A DNA stretch of 64,000 nt. It comes from an uncultured Chloroflexia bacterium (GTDB lineage: Bacteria > Chloroflexota > Anaerolineae > JAAYZQ01). The first letter of the stretch is position 1. Each line of letters starts with the position of its first letter. The translations under genes were made by a program, and so were the position numbers. The DNA lies in contig CAVOXA010000010.1 in NCBI GenBank assembly GCA_963700285.1, positions 2,016,001-2,080,000 on the forward strand, read 5' to 3'. Shown piece by piece: positions 60,033 through 64,000 of the stretch. A model generated the notes under the pieces. The model made no database searches. It was given only the letters and a program-made list of their open reading frames with translations, and was not told the DNA's origin.

Positions 60033-60635
60033 TTACATCGTCAGCCGGTATTCGAGCTGGATCTCGTCGCGCACCGGGATGCCGGCAAATCCCGAAAGCT
60101 CACCACCGTGATGCCGGGCGATACGGCCAGGCTTGATCCCGGTGATACGAAAACCATAGCGCTGGTAGAGGCCAAGGGCAGGGAGATCGTCGTTAGAGGT
60201 GGCGACAATGACGCGCGCCAGGCTACGCTGGGATGCATCGTTGCGCACGGCATCCAACAGCGCTCGTCCTGTCCCCTGACCCTGGTAGTCAGGCAGCACG
60301 TTTAGCATGACCAATGCCAGTGTATTCCAAGCGACCTCAACGGCATAGGCGGCCAGGCCCGCGACTTTGTCTCCCTCGCAGGCGAGGAAAGCAGGGCAAC
60401 GCAGCACATCATACACTCGGTCGAAACACTCGACCTTGGTCTCATCCCAAAAGTAGAGGGACAGCGTTTCGATGTGGGCCAAGTCAGCGACCACTGCCGG
60501 GCGGATAGTCAATGGCCTGATGGTTGGGATGCTCTCCGCGGCGACGACTTCCAACCGGGCGTGTTCCAGGCAGACACGCTGTCCGGTATGACGGTCACGA
60601 TACTGAGATTTCTCTCCGCAGAATACGCACGACAT
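60033..60635 (-). CDS. GNAT acetyltransferase with N-terminal CxxC...CxxH extension
   Basis: LNVLPDYQGQGTGRALL, ATSNDDLPALGLYQRYGF, GIPVRDEI. Confidence 0.88.
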   Translation of the reverse strand: MSCVFCGEKSQYRDRHTGQRVCLEHARLEVVAAESIPTIRPLTIRPAVVADLAHIETLSLYFWDETKVECFDRVYDVLRCPAFLACEGDKVAGLAAYAVEVAWNTLALVMLNVLPDYQGQGTGRALLDAVRNDASQRSLARVIVATSNDDLPALGLYQRYGFRITGIKPGRIARHHGGELSGFAGIPVRDEIQLEYRLTM

Positions 60636-60639
60636 CGCC

Positions 60640-62253
60640 TCAGCCCGTCAGCCAGACTGCGAGCAGGGTCAGCACCCCCACCACTCCGGTGATAATGAGG
60701 CCCGGCCCCAGGGTCTTTTTCAGTACTTGTCCCTCCTGTCCAGCCAGCCCAGCCGTGCTGCTTCCGACGATCAGCTTCGCCGGAGCCAGCATTGAACCCA
60801 GCGACCCACCCGTCGTCTGGGCCGCAAGGATCACCAGGACGTTCATCCCAAGTAGTACCGCCGCCTGCTGCTGCAGGGGAGCAAAGACGACGTTAGAGTT
60901 GGTGTTGCTGCCGGTCATAAAGGCGCCGAGTAAGCCGATATAAGGCGCCACGAAAGGATAGAGCGGCCCAGCGACGCTGCCCAATCCCACGGCCAGGACG
61001 TAGGTCATACCGCTGTTGGCCATGGCCACGGCAAAGCCGACCATGGCGGCGATGCCGATGGAAGATGGCACTGCGCTGCGAACGGTTTGCTGCACGATGC
61101 GACGGCCCACACCCGGTGAATAGTGGCCGGTGAACCAGTAGAGGGCGTAGGATACCAGTGAGACGAAGAGCAGCAGCGCCCCGGCGTGACCAAAGACACT
61201 GATTTCGCGGCCTATGCCTGCGGGCGTTGTCCAGCCATAACTGGTCTGGACCTCCGGGAACTGGATCCGGAGCTGGACCCTGTTCAGTGCATCGTGGAGC
61301 AACGGCCACATCTCTGCGGCAGCCACGACGACGATGAGGAGCAGGTAGGGGGCTAGAGCCAGTCCAAGGGACATTGCCGATTGGCCTACATTGGGCAGCT
61401 CGGACGAGGAGTCTGGATCCCCCTGTTGGCCATGGGCGGGGCTCGTCGTACTTGATGCTTGCTGATAGCGTGGTAGCCTGGCAACCAGCGCGCCAATTGC
61501 CAGCCCTGCCAGTCCCGCAGCAAAGCCGGCCAGGTTCCACAGGCCGCTTACTGCCAGTGCGGCCTGGACGCCGGCCATGGTTGCGCCCATAAGTAGCAGA
61601 GCTAACCAACCCCGTCGCAGCGACGGCCATTGCCCAAAGGTCCAGGCAGCGGCAATGCCACAGCCAAAGCAGGCCACTCCCAAAAAGAGTGCGGACCAGG
61701 GAGCCAGGAGTTCGCCCGGGATGCCCGTTGTAGCGATGAGGGCCTGAAAGGATGAGGCGATGTCGCCAAAGGTAACCGACCAAGAATGGCCGATGGCAAC
61801 TGCTGCCACGGCCACCACGGGGGAAAAACCCAGGCCGATGAGCAGTGGCGAGACCACCGCAATGGGCACGCCAAAGCCGGCTACCCCCTGAAGGAATGCG
61901 CTAAAGGCCCAAGCCAGCAGCAGCAACTGCATGGTCCGATCTGCGGTCAGCCGGGCGATGCCCCGGCCGATGACGGTGATGGCTCCGGCTTCATCCACGA
62001 CCCGGTACAGCACCAGTGCCATCCAGATGATGTACAGGACATAGAGCGTGAGCAATAGGCCGCGGAGTTGGGAGAAAAAGAGGACCTCGGGCCCGGCGCC
62101 GAAGACGAGCCAGGCGACCAGCAGGGCCACGACCCAGCCCACGGGCCCCGCCTTTTTCCCACCCCAGCGAAAGCCGACCATTAGTACCAAGACGACAGCG
62201 ATAGGAGAAAAGGCGAGCAGCCAGGTCAACAGGTTAATCGGTGGTGTTTCCAT
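60640..62253 (-). CDS. L-lactate permease family
   Basis: FSAFLQGVAGFGVPIAV, GAFMTGSNTNSNVVF, AAQTTGGSLGSMLAP. Confidence 0.88.
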   Translation of the reverse strand: METPPINLLTWLLAFSPIAVVLVLMVGFRWGGKKAGPVGWVVALLVAWLVFGAGPEVLFFSQLRGLLLTLYVLYIIWMALVLYRVVDEAGAITVIGRGIARLTADRTMQLLLLAWAFSAFLQGVAGFGVPIAVVSPLLIGLGFSPVVAVAAVAIGHSWSVTFGDIASSFQALIATTGIPGELLAPWSALFLGVACFGCGIAAAWTFGQWPSLRRGWLALLLMGATMAGVQAALAVSGLWNLAGFAAGLAGLAIGALVARLPRYQQASSTTSPAHGQQGDPDSSSELPNVGQSAMSLGLALAPYLLLIVVVAAAEMWPLLHDALNRVQLRIQFPEVQTSYGWTTPAGIGREISVFGHAGALLLFVSLVSYALYWFTGHYSPGVGRRIVQQTVRSAVPSSIGIAAMVGFAVAMANSGMTYVLAVGLGSVAGPLYPFVAPYIGLLGAFMTGSNTNSNVVFAPLQQQAAVLLGMNVLVILAAQTTGGSLGSMLAPAKLIVGSSTAGLAGQEGQVLKKTLGPGLIITGVVGVLTLLAVWLTG

Positions 62254-62332
62254 AATTCTCTCTAGGTATTAGATGTTCTGGTACTGGTAGATACTGGCCA
62301 GGTAATTCCTGCGGCGCGCCACCTACCACGTT

Positions 62333-63541
62333 TCATTCATCATCCATCGAGATGGCCAGCGCCTGTGCCAGATCGGCAATGATGTCCTCTGCATCTTCGA
62401 TGCCCACACTGAGGCGTACCAGCCCGTCGCCGATGCCGATGGAGGCGCGGACCTCAGGGCTCAACTGGCGGTGTGACGAGTGGGCTGGGTACAGGGTCAG
62501 ACTGTAGACGTCTCCCAGGGTCGTGGCTGGCAGCACCAACTCTAGTGCCTCCATGAAACGGAAAACTTTTGCCTGGCCTGCATCGCGCAGGTCAAAGCTG
62601 ACCATGCCGCCAAATCCGCGGCCCTGGAATAGCCGCTCGGCCAGGGCATGCTGCGGGTGGTCAGGGAAGCCTGGATAGTTGACGTGGGCAACAGAGGGCT
62701 GTCCAACCAACCAATCGGCCACGGTTTGGGCATTCTCACAATGCTGCCGCATTCGCAGGGGCAGTGTTTTTAGACCACGCAAAGCGAGCCATGCCTCCTG
62801 CGGTCCAAGATTGGCGCCCAGCAGTTTCTGTCGCTGCCGCAGATCATGGCCGCGCTCGGCCGAGCAGGCCACCACGCCGGCCAGCACATCGCCGTGACCG
62901 CTGAGATACTTTGTGGCCGAGTGGACGGAATAGTCAACCCCATATTCCAGCGGGCGGAATAGGTAGGGACTGGCAAAACTGGCGTCCACGACGAGCGCTG
63001 CCCCAGAAGCGTGGGCAAGCTGAGTCAGAGTCGGTACGTCGGCCACCTTGATGAGGGGATTGGACATGATCTCACAGATCAAAGCCGCCGGTTTTTCTTC
63101 TGCGATGGCGCTATCCACCTGATCAAGGTCGGTGATGTCCACAAAACGGACGTGTACGCCAAATTCTGTGAGCATTTGCTCCAAAAGGGCGTAGGTGGCG
63201 CCATAGACATCGGCAGCAGCGACCACGGATGTACCGGCCCGAACTCCCGCTCCCAGCAATGCCGCGTGGACCGCGGCCATGCCCGAGGAAAAAGCAACAG
63301 CATCCTCAGCGTCCTCCAGTATGGCGATGGCTTGCTCAAAGGCGCTCACGGTGGGACTGCCGTAGCGAGGATAGACAAAGCCCTCGCGCTGGTCGCCAAA
63401 GATGCCGTCCAGGTCCTCCATGTCATCATAGGTGTAGCCCACCGAATGGTGGATGGGGGTACTCACCGGCCTGTAGTCGGGTTTAGGACCCCGCTCGCCA
63501 GCGCGGACCGCCTGTGTAAAGATGCTTTTGTGCCTAATCAT
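62333..63541 (-). CDS. PLP-dependent Cys/Met metabolism enzyme (methionine gamma-lyase / cystathionine gamma-synthase family)
   Basis: YPRYGSPT, FSSGMAA, HSATKYLSGHGD, LRGLKTL.LRM, GLVRLSVGIE. Confidence 0.92.
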   Translation of the reverse strand: MIRHKSIFTQAVRAGERGPKPDYRPVSTPIHHSVGYTYDDMEDLDGIFGDQREGFVYPRYGSPTVSAFEQAIAILEDAEDAVAFSSGMAAVHAALLGAGVRAGTSVVAAADVYGATYALLEQMLTEFGVHVRFVDITDLDQVDSAIAEEKPAALICEIMSNPLIKVADVPTLTQLAHASGAALVVDASFASPYLFRPLEYGVDYSVHSATKYLSGHGDVLAGVVACSAERGHDLRQRQKLLGANLGPQEAWLALRGLKTLPLRMRQHCENAQTVADWLVGQPSVAHVNYPGFPDHPQHALAERLFQGRGFGGMVSFDLRDAGQAKVFRFMEALELVLPATTLGDVYSLTLYPAHSSHRQLSPEVRASIGIGDGLVRLSVGIEDAEDIIADLAQALAISMDDE

Positions 63542-63590
63542 GTGATCGCTCCTTTCTGATTCGGGTTGCCCCTCTCACTCCGAGTATAGT

Positions 63591-64000
63591 CTATTGTCCG
63601 CAGGGATCATAGTCTTCTCCCAGGATGAGGAGCAGATCTGCCGGTTGACCGGGGTCAGCTTGGTAGATGATGTCCTCCGGTTTGAGGCCCAGGTACTGGG
63701 TCAAGAGTGCCTGGGCACTGGGCTTTTCCTGAAAGACGATGAGCCGGGTCTGCTGGTAGTTGGGATGGTCAGCCAAGCCTGTGTCGATGACATTGAGCCC
63801 CTGCCAGCGCAATTGGTCTGCGCCGATCTTGGCGAGCTGGTAGCGGTGCGTTCCGTTTCGCACCTGGATGCGCGCTGCCTCATCGGCGGCCTGGTCGGCA
63901 GTGGAAGAGGAGGGGGCGTACAGACTGGCAACGAGCTGTTGGATTTTGTCCTGGTCCGGCAGCAAGACCTTCGAGCCCGCATCGGTAACCCAATTGGTCG
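63591..64000 (-). CDS. LCP (LytR-CpsA-Psr) family protein, C-terminal LytR_C domain (5' part outside the window)
   Basis: IQVRNGT...LA....L...G..V......D...DLLLILGEDY; the reading frame is open to the window edge. Confidence 0.75.
   Translation of the reverse strand, partial: TNWVTDAGSKVLLPDQDKIQQLVASLYAPSSSTADQAADEAARIQVRNGTHRYQLAKIGADQLRWQGLNVIDTGLADHPNYQQTRLIVFQEKPSAQALLTQYLGLKPEDIIYQADPGQPADLLLILGEDYDPCGQ

Overview
A GC-rich bacterial chromosome segment, probably Chloroflexota/Anaerolineae (inferred from the fused GlyRS, an FPxTG-type surface repeat, LCP/CpsCD genes and overall protein style). Many genes carry single-base indels that look like long-read consensus errors. From left to right: coxE/coxD-like genes lie divergent from a PadR-led operon (BtuCDF/FecBCD-type ABC importer, MoeA-like protein, a 112-bp tandem repeat, DUF364, XdhC, SufU-like). 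These are followed by a Tm-1-like gene, pyrD-pyrK behind a candidate leader-peptide attenuator, and malQ. Next come tRNA-Arg(CCG) and an accessory region (two direct repeats of the tRNA 3' end plus a promoter-bearing arm, a VapBC-type TA pair, RNase HI, pRiA4b ORF3, an orphan sigma-like gene, and three nested IS remnants), then pbpC with alpha-2-macroglobulin, and purB. A MITE-bracketed segment holds a c-di-AMP (ydaO) riboswitch that controls only a 50-aa ORF. The right half has GT4/CpsC/CpsC/CpsD, recO, fused glyQS, GT4, VanZ, scpA, a GH plus double-amidase protein, moaD and tkt. It ends with an atypical glycyl-radical enzyme and its activase flanked by decayed sugar-acid genes, a YcaQ-like glycosylase, a GNAT, lactate permease, a Cys/Met PLP enzyme and a partial LCP gene. 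The best leads are the riboswitch-controlled microprotein, the tRNA-anchored promoter-carrying cassettes, the GCQW glycyl-radical enzyme, the pyrD leader and the dual (dead plus active) amidase protein. All calls come from reading the sequence by eye; no database searches were run.
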